NCBI GenBank assembly: GCA_002269645.1
Contig: NIVC01000896.1
Span: 1-64,000 of the forward strand
Length of the DNA: 64,000 nucleotides
From: Macrostomum lignano
Taxonomy: Eukaryota
Direction: 5' to 3'
In this document: piece by piece, positions 36,000-48,990 of the stretch
Position numbering within the stretch: position 1 is the first letter of the stretch
How the letters are laid out: every line of letters starts with the position of its first letter
The notes under the pieces: generated by a model
Told to the model about the DNA's origin: nothing
Databases searched by the model: none
Seen by the model: the letters and a program-made list of their open reading frames with translations, nothing else
Program-made: the position numbers and the translations under genes

Positions 36000-38166
36000 A
36001 CAGTAAATGTACTTCTGTAGAGTAACCAGTCTCAGAATGGCGACATTCTTCGATGCAGTAGATTCAACGCCATTTTTGTACTTGTGATGAGGACGAACTT
36101 TTTTTCCAAATTTCACGCCCGCTCATGGGCTTCCAACTTGCTAGCCTACTAACAGCAGGCCGTGGGCATTTTTCTCCTTTTTTCTAATGTTCCTAGAATT
36201 CATACTAGCAGGATTTCTGTAGCATATCTGATTTGCCATACCTGTAGTTATAATAACATAGCGCGGTTTTTGCTACTTTTGGGGTCATAAATCATCGCTT
36301 GTGAGCTGGTCTGACAGCCACCTGCGCCTCACTCAGTGTTAAGGCTGGCGCCAGATGGTCTGAAAGGATGCGAGCGGTAGCTTTTTTTCTCATTATTTTG
36401 ACAGGCCATCAGATTTATGAGGTCACGGCTTATTGTTCGTGTTCACTCAGGCGTTTAACAGCTTTGACAGCTATGCGTTTTACCCCTAAAAGTACTTTGG
36501 GAATTAGCGATTAGCGATTTGTCTTCACTATCTTCACTTTCTACATAGTAAGACCTTTCCAATGCATATTTTTTCATTAATTTTTGTAATTCCAACGCAA
36601 AAGGTCATAAATCATTATGTAGCGATTTTGAGTGATTTATGACCGCACCTGGCGCATTTTTGTGGCCCCAAGGGAACTGATAGGATCTTTTGTCACGTGA
36701 GTTTGAGTGGCAACAATTGCTCAGCCAATCAGAAAATTCGACGTCAGTTATAACAAATCAGCTTAGCCAATCAGCGTCGAGGTGTTCCATTTTAACAAAA
36801 TTGCGGTCCAGTTAAACCGGTGTTTTTGGTCCGCTTGGACCACAACTGGCTTGGAACTCGGCTGTCACTGACTTTCTGCTGACTGGCCGGGAACTCGCTC
36901 TCTCTCTAGCCCGACCGTCGTTTCTTGATCCCCGGATCGCGACTCCCCCCCATCATCATCAAGGACCAATCCCCCGGTCGACAGCAACGATCATCAAGAT
37001 TAAGGTCATCACCTGCTAGCTACCTGCGAAGTTTGTGACAGCATCATCCTGGGTCTACAGCTGCGAAGCACTAAGCCGATTCGGTCACTGTGGAATACCT
37101 GGTCTCCGGCTGTTGAGTTTTTGATTGGTTGGGTGAGAGGCTACCTAGACTTGCTTGATTGGGTGATTCCTTATCTGTCCCCTATCTCAATAGCTGGATT
37201 AGGCGCACAATTTTGCTCATTTTGTTCAGCAGTGATGTTATTGAGGCAGAAATCACTTAATAATACTGTTAGTAGTCTGATTACTCCAATTCAATTTGAG
37301 GTGTGAAAATCACATAGATAGATAGACACAGACAGACCATTTTTAGTATTAGGAAGTGATTGAAAGAGAAGGTTAAATCTGAAATTTTTTATTGGTTTTA
37401 TTTCTTTGTTCGCCGATGGCTCAGATGAGTAGCTAAGCTGGTAGGCGCCGATCGCAGTGGACCAATGGCAAGGCAGTTCTCAGTCGATCAACCTATCAAA
37501 TCAGTTAGCGAGATTCCCAACAGTGCAAAATCGGCGCTAGAGATGCACTTCTGTGCACCCTAGATTCGCCAAGCGGCTCGGGTAATGAATCATGCGGCCT
37601 CTGATGTTCGAGTTAGTCTATCATCAGCGCTACGAGAGGCTAGTTGGCGCGCTGAAGGCCAAAAGTTCAGTTAATCGTATTTAGCAATGTAATAGTACAC
37701 GTAGCTACCCCATAGACTCGCCACTGCAAGAATCCCCTGCACAAGTCCCCTCTGTACCTGCATGGCCAATGCGATCAAGTCCCAGCAGTGTCCCTTATCA
37801 TCGGCTATGACTTCGAGATTGACAGCAAAAAGACACTAGTTGGCAGGTAAGTGCAAAGCCCCTCCTAGTCGGAAGCCCGATTTCGAAAGTTCCGGTTTGG
37901 TGAGCAATGACGCACGGGCTGGTGGCAGTGGGTTAGTTAATAATCTGCGGATTGCCTGATCTTTAACTTCGAAATTCTCCGTGCTTGTCTCTCGCTGTCC
38001 CTCTCTTGGCTATAGGACCTAGACTGCTCGCCACAGATCAAGCTACCATGGCGCTGACCATCTGACAGGACCAGTAGTCAGTACTATAGTACAGGGGCCA
38101 GTACTCTAATTTATTTATTTCTGAGACATTGAGGCCCGAAGGCCAAAAAGGCCGAAACCCATCATA

Positions 38167-38262
38167 ACTTTAACTCGTCACGGCTCTGCAGCCATTGATT
38201 TCAATCAATATCGAACGTAGAAATCGGTATCCACGCTGGTCAGAGGTGTCGGCACAAGGGCG
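38167..38262 (-). pseudogene. Orphan inverted fragment of the WSC-PAN exon-2 3' end and 3' flank
   Basis: ALVPTPLTSVDTDFYVRY* plus gagccg.gacgagttaaagt, matching copies 2 and 3. Confidence 0.8.
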
Positions 38263-40057
38263 CACTCTCTCCGCGCTCTCACTGCTTCTGGTCCTGGGAA
38301 GCTGAAGGAGGCGTGCAGGAACGACCCTGAGCACATGGCCTGATCGAGTACCTCAGCTTCTCCGTGAGTCTCGAGTCCGACAAACTGCAGCTGATCGAGC
38401 GTGTCCGGCTTCTCCGTCAGCACTAGTATCGGCGACAGTCTCGCAAAACACAACGGCTATAGTAGTTCACCACGAAGAAACTTCCTCGACTGGCGGCATG
38501 ACTCAGGAATCTGCTCAGCTGGCGGCTTCCCTACGTGGGTCTGTAGGTAGGAAACTACCTACAAAATTTTTTATAGCAGTCTGAACCAGCTACAATAAAT
38601 TATGTACCGGTAATCACTCGCCGAATTTCGGTGGATACTTTACGAACTCTTACGAACTTTAATATTTCTAGCTGCAGCTGGTAGTACTATACAAAGTTGT
38701 ATTACTAAAAGTGGGTCGATTTGCTTCAGTAAATTGTTTTCCACTATTAAATATCTTGATGCACTTGCTGTTTCCAATTCTAAGGAGCTCAAGTGGGCTA
38801 TTATTAATTTGGTATAACTTCTTCACAAGAAAAACTTTTACGCTACATTTTTGCATGTTTTTATCAAGGACCACTAAAAATTACCGTTGTATACGTTACT
38901 TGAGTAGTCACTTGATTGAAGCATTCGAAAAAATGTTATTACGAGGCAACAAGTCTTTTAAATCTAATATGATACTTCTTCAACAAATTGTCTGACTAAA
39001 TATCACTGTATGTGTCATCAAAAAGTCTCACGTTATTTCAGTCGGGACCAGTTTCAAGCAAAGCAGATTTCCAAATCACGTACGAGATTATTTCGTTACA
39101 ATTTATAACAAAAATTCTATAAGTTGTGTAATACCTGAATGTTTTGTTTTAGAACGTTAATTTGATAATACTTTTTAATTACATTAGTGCTGAAAATGTA
39201 ATTTTTCAAAGATCTTTTGTAAACCGAACGTTTATATTGACAGCAGCTGTCAGCTTAAAATATAGTTCCTAGTATCAAGGAACTAACTAGCGTGATAGCA
39301 ACTACTGTATGGGTTGTACATAGAAAGCTATTGCATTAGCTTATAATATTAATTTATCATTTTGACATATAATTTGTAAATTGTAGAAGTGTACGGGGAA
39401 TATAAAAAATTCAGTATACATCAATTAATATACTAATAACAATACGCAAAGTAAATGTATCATGTCATATAACATTTTACATGTGTCCATACTTACCCGC
39501 TCTTTTATCACTGATTTATTTTCTATGTGATTTATAGTTTTTTAACCATATTTTGTAATATATTATATCTCTTTTGTCATGGTGATAGATTATTCTATAA
39601 TTTCATGTTGTGTCGTTGACAAAATATTAAAGGACGTTGCAAGTTTCAGACTTTAAATTATTCATAATTTTCGTTGATGCTAAATATTTAAAGTATTCTT
39701 TTTGTCTAAAAATAATTCGATTTCATCTAGGTAAATATTGCTATTACATAATATATTTATTGTTTATGACTCTGTTCTGATAGAATATAAAATGTCGTGG
39801 CAGTACTAAATTTGTGAGTTGAACAAATACTATTACAGAACACAGGACGCATGCTCACTGGAGCTCAGGGATTAACTTTTAAACGATTGACTTTTGAATT
39901 TTGTCTTAATGATTGCTTAGAACACACCAGCTAGGTGGAAATTAGTGATTTAGGACAAGAGTTTAATTGCCTAATTGTTGTCCATGTGAGGCAGCTCACA
40001 GCTGCAATATTCTGAAATAAATATACTGCACAATTGCTGTGGATACTTTACAACAAT

Positions 40058-40752
40058 TGTTGGCAAACTTTTTACCTCAAGGGCCAGATTGAAAATTCAG
40101 TGCCTGGCCAGAGTAGGGAGAGAGGAGAGGGAATCGAGAAGAGAAATAGGGGAAAAGAGAGGCGAAAAAATAATGGGGAAGAGAGTAGACAAGAGGAGAG
40201 ATGAAATAGAAGAGGAGAGAGCTGGAGAGGAGAGGAGAGGAGAGAGGAGGGAAGGGGGAAAGAATGGAGAAGAAAATGAAGATGAGAGGAGAGGAGAGAG
40301 GTGAGGATGAGGAAATGAGTGGATAGGAAAGAGGTGAGGATGAGGAGATGAGGGAATAGGAGAGAGGTGAGGAGATGAAAGGAGAGGAGAGAGGTGAGGA
40401 GATGAAAGGATAGGAGAGAGGTGAGGATGAGGAGATGAAAGGATAGGAGAGAGGTGAGGATGAGGAGATGAAAGGATAGGAGAGAGGTGAGGAGATGAAA
40501 GGATAGGAGAGAGGTGAGGAGATGAGAGGATAGGAGAGAGGTAAGGAGATGAGAGGATAGGAGAGAGGTGAGGAGATAGAGGATAGGAGAGAGATGAGAG
40601 ATGAGAGGATAGGAGAGAGGTGAGAGAGCCGAGAAGAGACAAAAGACCGAGCAGGCCGGATTGCTATTGTGAAGATTCAAAGGATCCAAGAGCCGGATAG
40701 AGAGGCTTTTCCGGCTGCATGTGGCCCGCGGACCGGAGTATGCCGACCCCTG
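40058..40752 (-). mobile_element. CT/GA-rich hAT-type MITE copy with an expanded ~30-bp internal tandem repeat
   Basis: Reverse complement of the 22210 copy at both ends (tgccgacccctg; tttacctcaagggccagat). Confidence 0.75.
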
Positions 40753-41083
40753 CTTTACAATGACGTAAATCTGGGGACAGTCTGTCGAATGTGATTAGCT
40801 AAATTAAAAATACACTTTTGCTGAATATAGCTTTAATACGACCTAAATTATCATTTGAACATTCACTGTCGGTTTCACCAATGCTTGATTCTTCATTTTA
40901 ATGTAAAAAATAAAGCGCTGTAGCTCTTTAATCTGACATATTTGTATCGAAGTATTTGGAGCAATCTACAATACTATTTTTTAGATCATAATATAGAACC
41001 TGGCTTACAATATCACTATTATTCATGTAAAACTAGTTATGCATCACAAAGTACGGACTTAATTGAAGGAACAAAAGACCATA

Positions 41084-42081
41084 ATGTCAATAATTGACGA
41101 ATTGCAAAAGGCAGCACGCCACGGCAACAACGAACAGGTCAAGCAGCTGATCGCCAAGGGTGCCAACATTCACGAGTGTGATACAGCCCGTTTGACGGCC
41201 TTGCACAGGGCCACGGCCAATGGCCACATCGCTGTGATGACCACACTCATTGAGGCTGGCGCCGACATAAATTCTGAGGAGGATTTAGGTCGGACGCCTA
41301 TCTATTGCGCCTGTCAGAACGGCTTGTTACCGGCAGTGAACTTTCTCATCGAGAACAGAGCCGACGTGAATCGACCGCGCAAGAATGGCAGATCGCCGCT
41401 CTATGCTGCTGCAGCCAATGGCCATATTCTGGTGGTGGAGACCTTGCTTAATGCTGGGGCCCTTGTGGACCTGCCATCCAGCACAGGCTGCTCACCGCTG
41501 TACGCGGCCAGTCAAGAGGGTCACGTGGCCGTAGTGGAGCATCTGATTGGCGCAGGCGCTGATGCCAAGCGGCGGAACAACGATGGCTCAACTGCGCTGC
41601 ACGTCGCCAGCTGGTGCGGTCGCATAGCCGTAATTCAATCTCTCATTGACGCCAAGGTTGACGTCGACGCACAAGACGATTCGGGAAAGACGCCGTTGCA
41701 CGAGGCGTGCCTCGCCAAGAACGTGAGCGTCATTCGAATGCTCATCGACGCAGGCGCTGATGTTAATCGACAGGACAAGAAGGGCTGCACGCCGCTGTTC
41801 TTTGCTTCTTCAGTCGTGTGCCAGCCTGCAGTTCGCATTTTGCTGAGTAACGGTGCTCGACCTCAGCTTGCGTCCATTCGGCCTCCATTCTCGCCTCTGC
41901 AGGTTGCTTGCTTCATCGGATCGGGTGAAATTGCCAAAGCCATCCTGCAGCACAGTCCAGAGGCTGCAGAGCGTCTGCCTGCATCGTGTACATCGCTTGC
42001 TAAAGAATGTCTTGAGCAAGTCCCTAAACAAGCGTTGCCAATGGGTGAAGACATAAAGGACGAGCTGGGAGCAAAGGCTCA
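41084..42081 (+). CDS. Ankyrin-repeat + Mab-21/cGAS-like receptor (cGLR), exon 1 (about 9 ankyrin repeats)
   Basis: Repeated T/S-P/A-L-H/Y..A...G...V..LI..GADVN units; donor gtgagt at 42082, phase 2. Confidence 0.92.
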
Positions 42082-42989
42082 GTGAGTAGTGGTTAATTGC
42101 ATTGACATTCGTTGTAAATATGTGTTCTTTTTTTCAAATTATTTTCAAGTTATTGTCTCTGACTCTGACTGTACAGGGTTGAACGCTTGTCTGCAAACTT
42201 TTGCTGGATTCAGACCTTGGCTGGTTCCCATTACCCAATATTTCACGTCTTCGAGTTTTCATATCTCCAAAATTTCACATCTTTGAAATCTCAAATCCTC
42301 AAAATTTACATCCCTGAATTTCACATTCCCTAATTTTTTCACATCCCTGAAATTTTACATCTCCGAACTTGGCATCTCCAAGATTTCACATCTCTGAAAT
42401 TTCAGACCGTCAAAATTTCACATCTGTGAGCCATTGATTTGCTATAGAGCGCCCACCCCATTTTTCCGGCTCCGTACGTCAGCCGGCTTTCTCTCTCTAA
42501 CTCTCGCCCCCTTATCGGTACTCGTAGTAAGCAAAGTGTACATTTACGACCACCACCCCACGCAATGCAGTAGCCGACTAAAAATTAAATAAATAGCATC
42601 GTCTCGCCCACTGTGGCTTTCGTACTTCTTCGTGCAACTGCCAAATCATGCATTGAACTCTTACAACATCCACGAAATTTCACTTTCCCAAAATTTCAGA
42701 TAAAGTTTCTGATTTAAGCCCATAGACTATTTCGTGCCTTACGTAAGTTATTTCAACACTAGGACTAGCTTAAGAAGAGCCTAGCAGAGGGCATCAATGG
42801 TTTGTTGTCTGTGGCCAAACCAAATTAAATCATGTGGTAGAAATCGTGCCTGCCGTGTCGTAACAGATCAACTCAATCAAAGTAGACAATCGACCCGCAC
42901 AACTCCAAATTGACCCCCCCCCAAGCACAGAACTCACCAGTTGTCACTACCAATCACACCTTTAGACCAGAGTTTCTCTTCGGACGTCG

Positions 42990-43510
42990 GCTCTCATTGA
43001 ATTCGCCGTCCTTCCAGAGGCTCCATGGCTTTCCGCATTGGTTCAACAAGTAGTATTGCAGCAGCATGCTGAAAATAATTCTTCAACGCAGTAGCGCCAT
43101 AGCGATCACCACGATAATTTCGGATCTCTAAGATAAAACACTTAAGAACGTAGTTAAGATCGCACTTGCTCAAACTCGGATAGTCGTTTGCGGGTGCCAA
43201 TGGCAAGTCACTTAAGACAGCTTCGACTTCAGCAAGACTAAGTGATTCAAAGCAAATAACTCCAAAATTTCACAGAAAAGGTTTAGTAGAGATAGTGACA
43301 ACCTACTCACTCTTAAATACCCAACACTGTCGTTTTTGTGAACGGCATCAAATCAACATTTCTCTGTGGTTAAAATGTACGAGCGTACAATGCGAATATG
43401 GCCAAACGGCGTATAAAAATATTATTTCCGTTTACTTTAGTCTATGGTCTGAAGCATAAGCTTCGGACTCGCATCCGGACCTCGGCTTCGCCTCGGCCAA
43501 GAGACAAATC
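42990..43510 (-). mobile_element. Crypton-like (DUF3504-type) fragment in intron 1 of the cGLR gene
   Basis: DLNYVLKCFILEIRNYRGDRYGATALKNY resembles the Crypton/ZMYM domain N-terminus; hairpin-like ctcggcttcgcctcgg near 43478. Confidence 0.55.
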
Positions 43511-43620
43511 CTCTACTTTTGCTTCAGACCAATGAAATAAATAAAGGGAAATAACTTTCATGTAAACTTAAATTTGTCCTGGATCCCTATCTCAGTGGTA
43601 CACAATACTTTACTTTACAG

Positions 43621-43973
43621 AAGCGATGACGTCACAGACTCCCAGTTGAGCAACAGTCTGCACTCGCAATTCAAAAAAGCCGGATTCACTTGTCAAATGT
43701 CAGCTTTCCAGTCTGCATGCAGTGACGTCATGCAACAAATTGAGCAGAAGAGGCGAGACTGGGAAGACATCTTTGTCGTTGGCAGCTTCTCAGAGGGCTG
43801 GGGAAACAGTTTGAGCAGGCTGATCGGCAAGACGGATGTTGAGTCTGACATTGATGTGGCGGAGTTCTTTCCTGGCAGAATGTACCACCTTCGCGGCAGA
43901 TGTCGGTGCGAAAGTGTCAAGGAGGAGGATCTGGTTACCTACGATAATGGTCACGTGACGGTGACTGGACTAA
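43621..43973 (+). CDS. ANK-cGLR exon 2 (nucleotidyltransferase active-site motif)
   Basis: Acceptor tttacag; VVGSFSEGWGNSLSRLIGKTDVESDIDV; donor gtgagt, phase 1. Confidence 0.88.
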
Positions 43974-44265
43974 GTGAGTCATTCACGGGCTGCGTTGTAT
44001 TGCTGTTTCCGAAGGACAAAGACTTGATATTTGTAATCTAGCTACCAGAAATGAAAGATTTGATCGTCCAACAGATGGTGGAAGGCAGCTGGTGGGTGAA
44101 TTGCCTGTGACGCCGTCTGCCCAGAGCAAACAACATGCATACAGATACAGTAGCCGACATGTATCGAAGCAAATACACAAGGGCTACTGTATATGAATGC
44201 AGTACACCGGTACAAACTCACACAGGGGTGTGCACTTGCCCTGACAATTTTCATCGTCAGGCAGA

Positions 44266-44406
44266 GTAACACATCCACTGTGCCTTAGAGATGGGCCCAT
44301 ATGAGCATACGAACGGCTCAAGTAGCTCCTCGGTGACGCCCTAAATGAATGTGGCGCGACCGAGATTCGAACCCAAGACATACAAAGCAGCCGCGCTAAC
44401 CGCTAG
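44266..44406 (-). mobile_element. tRNA-derived SINE (same family as 48810)
   Basis: B box GGTTCGAATC; body gggcgt.accga.ggagctacttgagccgtt shared with the 48810 copy. Confidence 0.75.
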
Positions 44407-44539
44407 ATTATGGCTTTATAGATTATGGCTTTCATTGCCTTTTTGTCTTTGTCGAAAGAGAAATGGTAGCAGGGTAGCACTGGAAAACACGAAAAGATAA
44501 AAATTGAAATTTTTACCCCTGTGCCTTCACTGCTTCCAG

Positions 44540-45358
44540 CCAACAACCCAGCCCAGCCGGAATACGGCTCCTGCCTGAGACCGGCTTTTGATTTTGTCAC
44601 AGCCTACCGTTGCTGCAGCTATCCGCACGTCGAGGTGGTCGAAAACCCAAATCCCGATTCTCACCTCAGCGACTCACTGCTCAAATCGCTGACCCAATGC
44701 GTCCGCGAATCGAACTGCCACCTAGTGACCGCGGCGCCACCGGGCCAGGGCGGCCAGCTGCTTCGTGTAAGCACCACTTTCTTGGAAAGGCTCACCCTTC
44801 GCAGCCTCAGCGATGTGCAGGGTCAGCTCTTCATCCTGCTCAAATACCTCATCAAGAAGGTGCTGTCTGAGACTGTGAACGGTCTGAAGACCTACCACGC
44901 CAAGAGTCTTCTGTTCTACATGCTGGAAGAGACGGCACCGGAGGACTGGCAGCCTGGAAGCTTGGTGGCTCTTACGCGACAAGCACTCCAGCTGCTGCTA
45001 CGCAACATCAAGAGCAGCGGTAAAAGGAACAGCGAGTGCATGCCCCACTTCTTCATGCGCGATGCCATCGTGTACTTTAAGAGCGGACACAGTTCGAAGA
45101 AGGAGATTAAAGAAGCTATTAATGGCACCATCGATAACCTGCCGCGTCACCTTGCCCACTTCAAGGACTTCACCCTGAAGCCTGTGGACAGGCAGCCTCC
45201 GACATTCTACTTTCAACCATTCATGAACATTCCATGGATCAGGGTGACAGCTGGGTACAGCTCGGACGCTCCGCTGCAGTACCACGAGATATACGACTGT
45301 GTTCGCGATATCCTGGTCCGGCTGGCGCGCCAGGACACCCCCGAGCAGGCGGTGACAG
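44540..45358 (+). CDS. ANK-cGLR exon 3 (third acidic residue and Mab-21 helical lobe)
   Basis: FDFVTAYRCCSYP; RVSTTFLERL; FILLKYL; LKTYHAKSLLFYMLE...W; MPHFF; acceptor cttccag, donor gtgaaa, phase 1. Confidence 0.9.
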
Positions 45359-45589
45359 GTGAAATGATGATTGAATATTGTCTGCCGGCTCAGTATGTGT
45401 CTCATAGAATAATGCATTGCGTAGAGTATGAAGTATTCAATTCTTTAGCCTGTTTGCTTCTAGTTTGCTGAGGAGGCAAATGAAACCCGCTAGGAACGGT
45501 TCAAACCGATGCGTATGTCACTTCCCCCCTCACAGCTGCCTTATTTAGCCATTCTATCCACCCAAAACCTTGCATAAGCAGCGCGCCCT

Positions 45590-46345
45590 TATCTTCCCTC
45601 TCCCTCTCTCTCCCCTTCTCTCTCCCCCTCTTCCCTCCCTCTCTCCTTCCCTTCTCTCGTGCTCTCTCTCCACTGTCTCCCCCTTTTTTCCCCTCTCTCC
45701 CCCTCTCTCCCATCTCTCCCTCTCTCCCCCTCTCTCTCCCCTCTCTCCCATCTCTCCCTCTCTCCCCCTCTCTCCCCCTCTCTCCCATCTCTCCTTGTCT
45801 CCCCTCTCTCCCCTCTCTCCCATCTCTCCTTGTCTCCCCCTCTCTCCCCTCTCTCCCATCTCTCCCTCTCTCCCACTCTCTCCCCTCTCTCCCTCTCTCT
45901 CCCATCTCTCCCCCTCTCTCCCATCTCTCCCTCTCTCCCCCTCTCTCCCATCTCTCCCTCTCCCTCCTCTTTTTCCTCTCCCCATCTCTCCCTTTTGTCC
46001 CCCTTCTCTCCCCTCTCTCTCCTCTTTCTCCACCTCTCCCCTTCTCTCCCCGCTCTCCCTCTCTCCCTCTCTCCCCCTCTCTCCCCCTCTCTCCCATCTC
46101 TCCCTCTCTCCCACTCTCTCCCTCTCTCCCTCTCTCTCCCATCTCTCCCCTTTCTCCCATCTCTCCCTCTCTCCCCTCTCTCCCCCTCTCTCCCATCTCT
46201 CCCTCTCTCCCCCTCTCTCCCATCTCTCCCTCTCCCTCCTCTCCTTCCTCTCCCCATCTCTCCCTTTTGTCCCCCTTCTCTCCCCTCTCTCTCCTCTTTC
46301 TCCACCTCTCCCCTTCTCTCCCCGCTCTCCCTCTCTCTCCTCTGT
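45590..46345. repeat. ~750-bp homopyrimidine (C/T) minisatellite in intron 3
   Basis: Units such as ctctctccccctctctcccat; + strand is almost purine-free. Confidence 0.95.
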
Positions 46346-46369
46346 CTATGTCTCTGTCTATCTCTGCAG

Positions 46370-46944
46370 GCATCATTGACAGACTGCCCGATTGCGCCCA
46401 AACTGTCCGGGAAACTCTGCGCGCCATCGCCTTTGTCAAATACAACAAAAAAGATCACGCCATTCAAGTGTTGCGCAACATGAGAGGTCATTCTGTCAGC
46501 CGGCGAATCAATTCAGCGGATGTAACGGGCCAGCAAACCGTGACAGAGTTTGTGTGGCACCATCTCACCATCTCTGACTCCGCTTGGAAGTTCTGCTTCT
46601 TCATCAATGAACGACCAACTCTTCATTTTCTTAGCCAGTTTATTGCACACCTGTTTCCAGTCATCTTCAACGATTGTCACCAGTATTTCTTCTTCAACTT
46701 TGACGCCCTGAAGATGTGTCTGATGCTGGATTTAGTCGGTGATGTAGCGGACGATGCAAAGCACTGGTTCAAAGAGGTCTTGCTCAGCGAGGACGCCGAT
46801 GTTCAAGAACTGATCATGGTGATGCAGCACTGCCGGGACATCCCGCTTTTGCTCAGCGTCATTCGCAAGCACAACAGTGTCATTCTTGACCATCACGATT
46901 CAAGGGACAAACTGCTTGAGCTGATGGAGGAATTGGTGAGCTAA
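46370..46944 (+). CDS. ANK-cGLR exon 4 (C-terminal helical region, stop TAA); spliced protein 914 aa
   Basis: Acceptor tctctgcag; open frame to TAA; 998+353+819+575 = 2745 nt = 915 codons. Confidence 0.8.
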
Positions 46945-46956
46945 CTTGCTCTGCAA

Positions 46957-47190
<234 letters not shown>

Positions 47191-48809
47191 TATGTGACCA
47201 AATGAAGGGGTCGAAAGTGTATTCAGGGGCCCCGATTTGGGCCCTTTGAATAAAGAAAGGCCAAAAGCGATCGTGTACCCAATCTTGATAGCAAAAAATT
47301 AAAACTGAGCATATTTTTTCATTTTTCACAGATCCCTTTTTGGAAAAAAAGTTAGGAAGGGGTACAGTGTATGGGACGATTAAGGGACCAAGCTGTGGGC
47401 CCCTATTTTTCAAGGTGTGTGCAAAATTTTCTTAGGTCGATATACGAGTATTGCACGTTTGACCAGTTTTACATTTGACTCCTTTCCCACTTTGGGCCCC
47501 TAATTGGTCCCTTTTTGTGCCCCTTATTATTTGCCGTGTGCCCGTGTGCCATAGACCAGGATAAAATTCTTCATCCGCCTTCAGGGGCACAAAACGTACG
47601 GAGGTTTACCCCGTCATTGGGCACTCTGAAAGGGGCACAGTAAAAAAGCTACTACCCAGCTACCTATATGCATAGTTATTTGTCACGCAAATTCTCTCAC
47701 TAACAGCAAAGCTTCCTTGTCTCTTTCAGCCCGAACTTCAGGAGCAGCGGTGCTTGGAGACGCTGCAGGATTTGCGAGCTCGTCTTTTACAGTGACCTGA
47801 CAAATGCCCGGTTACAGCTTTTACGTGTTTATCAGTGGCGGCGCAGGGGGGGCAGAGGGGGCTACTGCCCTCGGGTGACCACCCCATCACCCCCCAAAGA
47901 GGTGAAATCCTATTTAAGTATGCTTCTATTGATTTTTTCGACATTGTTAAAATTTTAACCCTTTTTCTACATACTTTTTGTGAATTACTAATAAAATCCT
48001 GTAATAATTTCACCACTCCATACAACATGTTACTTACATGTTCATGTACATTCCGCTGCCTGCCACACCCGTTTCTCTCTACATTCCTACACCCTGTTCA
48101 AAAATCACATTAATACTGCCTCAGAGTGTCATTCCTGGGGTGGTTCCTATGATCGCTGGGATGGGGGGTGACCACCAACCACTGCCCCTGCGTTGCTTTG
48201 TTACTTTTTTTCTATACTATATTTTTACCCTGACTGTACTCGTACTTTTACCCCTCTACCCATGACAAATTGGCACGATTGATACATGGACCAGTGTATG
48301 GACCATGGACCAGATTTTTAGTGTCCTTTTTGTACTCTTAGTTTGCTTTTTCTGTGCATGTATAGTCAAGTAGAGCTTTCCACTAATGAATATGAAGATA
48401 TAGTAGTATGTTTAGCCATGGAGATCATTTATAAAGAGTTAGCCCGAGTGGTTTAAACTCCGTCCTTGAAGAATGTTGACGTCCCTGCCCTCCCCCTTCA
48501 CTGACTCTGACCCTGCCCACAAAGCCCATTTGCTGATCTGTAAAAGTATAAGTCCGGCATTCCTGTATCATTTCTCAACAAAGTGGACTGCAGAAGCCAG
48601 AGGGAATTTGATTGCTTGCATTGGGTACACATTATTCGCTCCCAGTCTGACTTCGAACCCGGAACCTTCTGGAAAAGGGTCATGAACTCTCTACTCATAG
48701 CAGGTAATTATAACTCTGATCCTTTCAAAGAAAAAGTTATGAACTAGTGTAGTAAACAATCAATTTATAAAGCTACTAAGTTCATAAAGAATGGCATTAG
48801 CACAAACAG

Positions 48810-48990
48810 AGGGGGTGAAGTTGGTCGAGCGGTTAGCGTAGCTGCTTCGTGTACCAGCGGTCTCGAGTTCGAATCCCGGTCGCGCCGCATTCATTTTGGG
48901 CGTTACCGATCGGAGCTACTTGAGCCGTTTGTGCTAAAGTACACCCATGAGGGCCGGCCCCCAAGGCACAGTGGCTGTGTTATAAAAAAA
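48810..48990 (+). mobile_element. tRNA-derived SINE
   Basis: A box TGGTCGAGCGG, B box GAGTTCGAATCC, non-tRNA body shared with the 44266 copy, A-rich tail. Confidence 0.8.

Noticed and set aside
37400-38090. Exon-like segments with splice signals (e.g. 37714-37847, HCKNPLHKSPLYLHGQC...)
   Set aside because: No consistent spliced open frame and no recognisable domain
45501-46491. Long Leu/Ser/Pro- or Glu/Arg/Gly-rich ORFs (also at 1184-1528, 4285-4798, 22202-22616, 40072-40689, 49622-50167)
   Set aside because: Translations of CT/GA low-complexity tracts, which lack stop codons by composition
48810-48890. Functional tRNA gene
   Set aside because: Acceptor stem does not pair, and the downstream body is shared with a second dispersed copy, so it is a SINE
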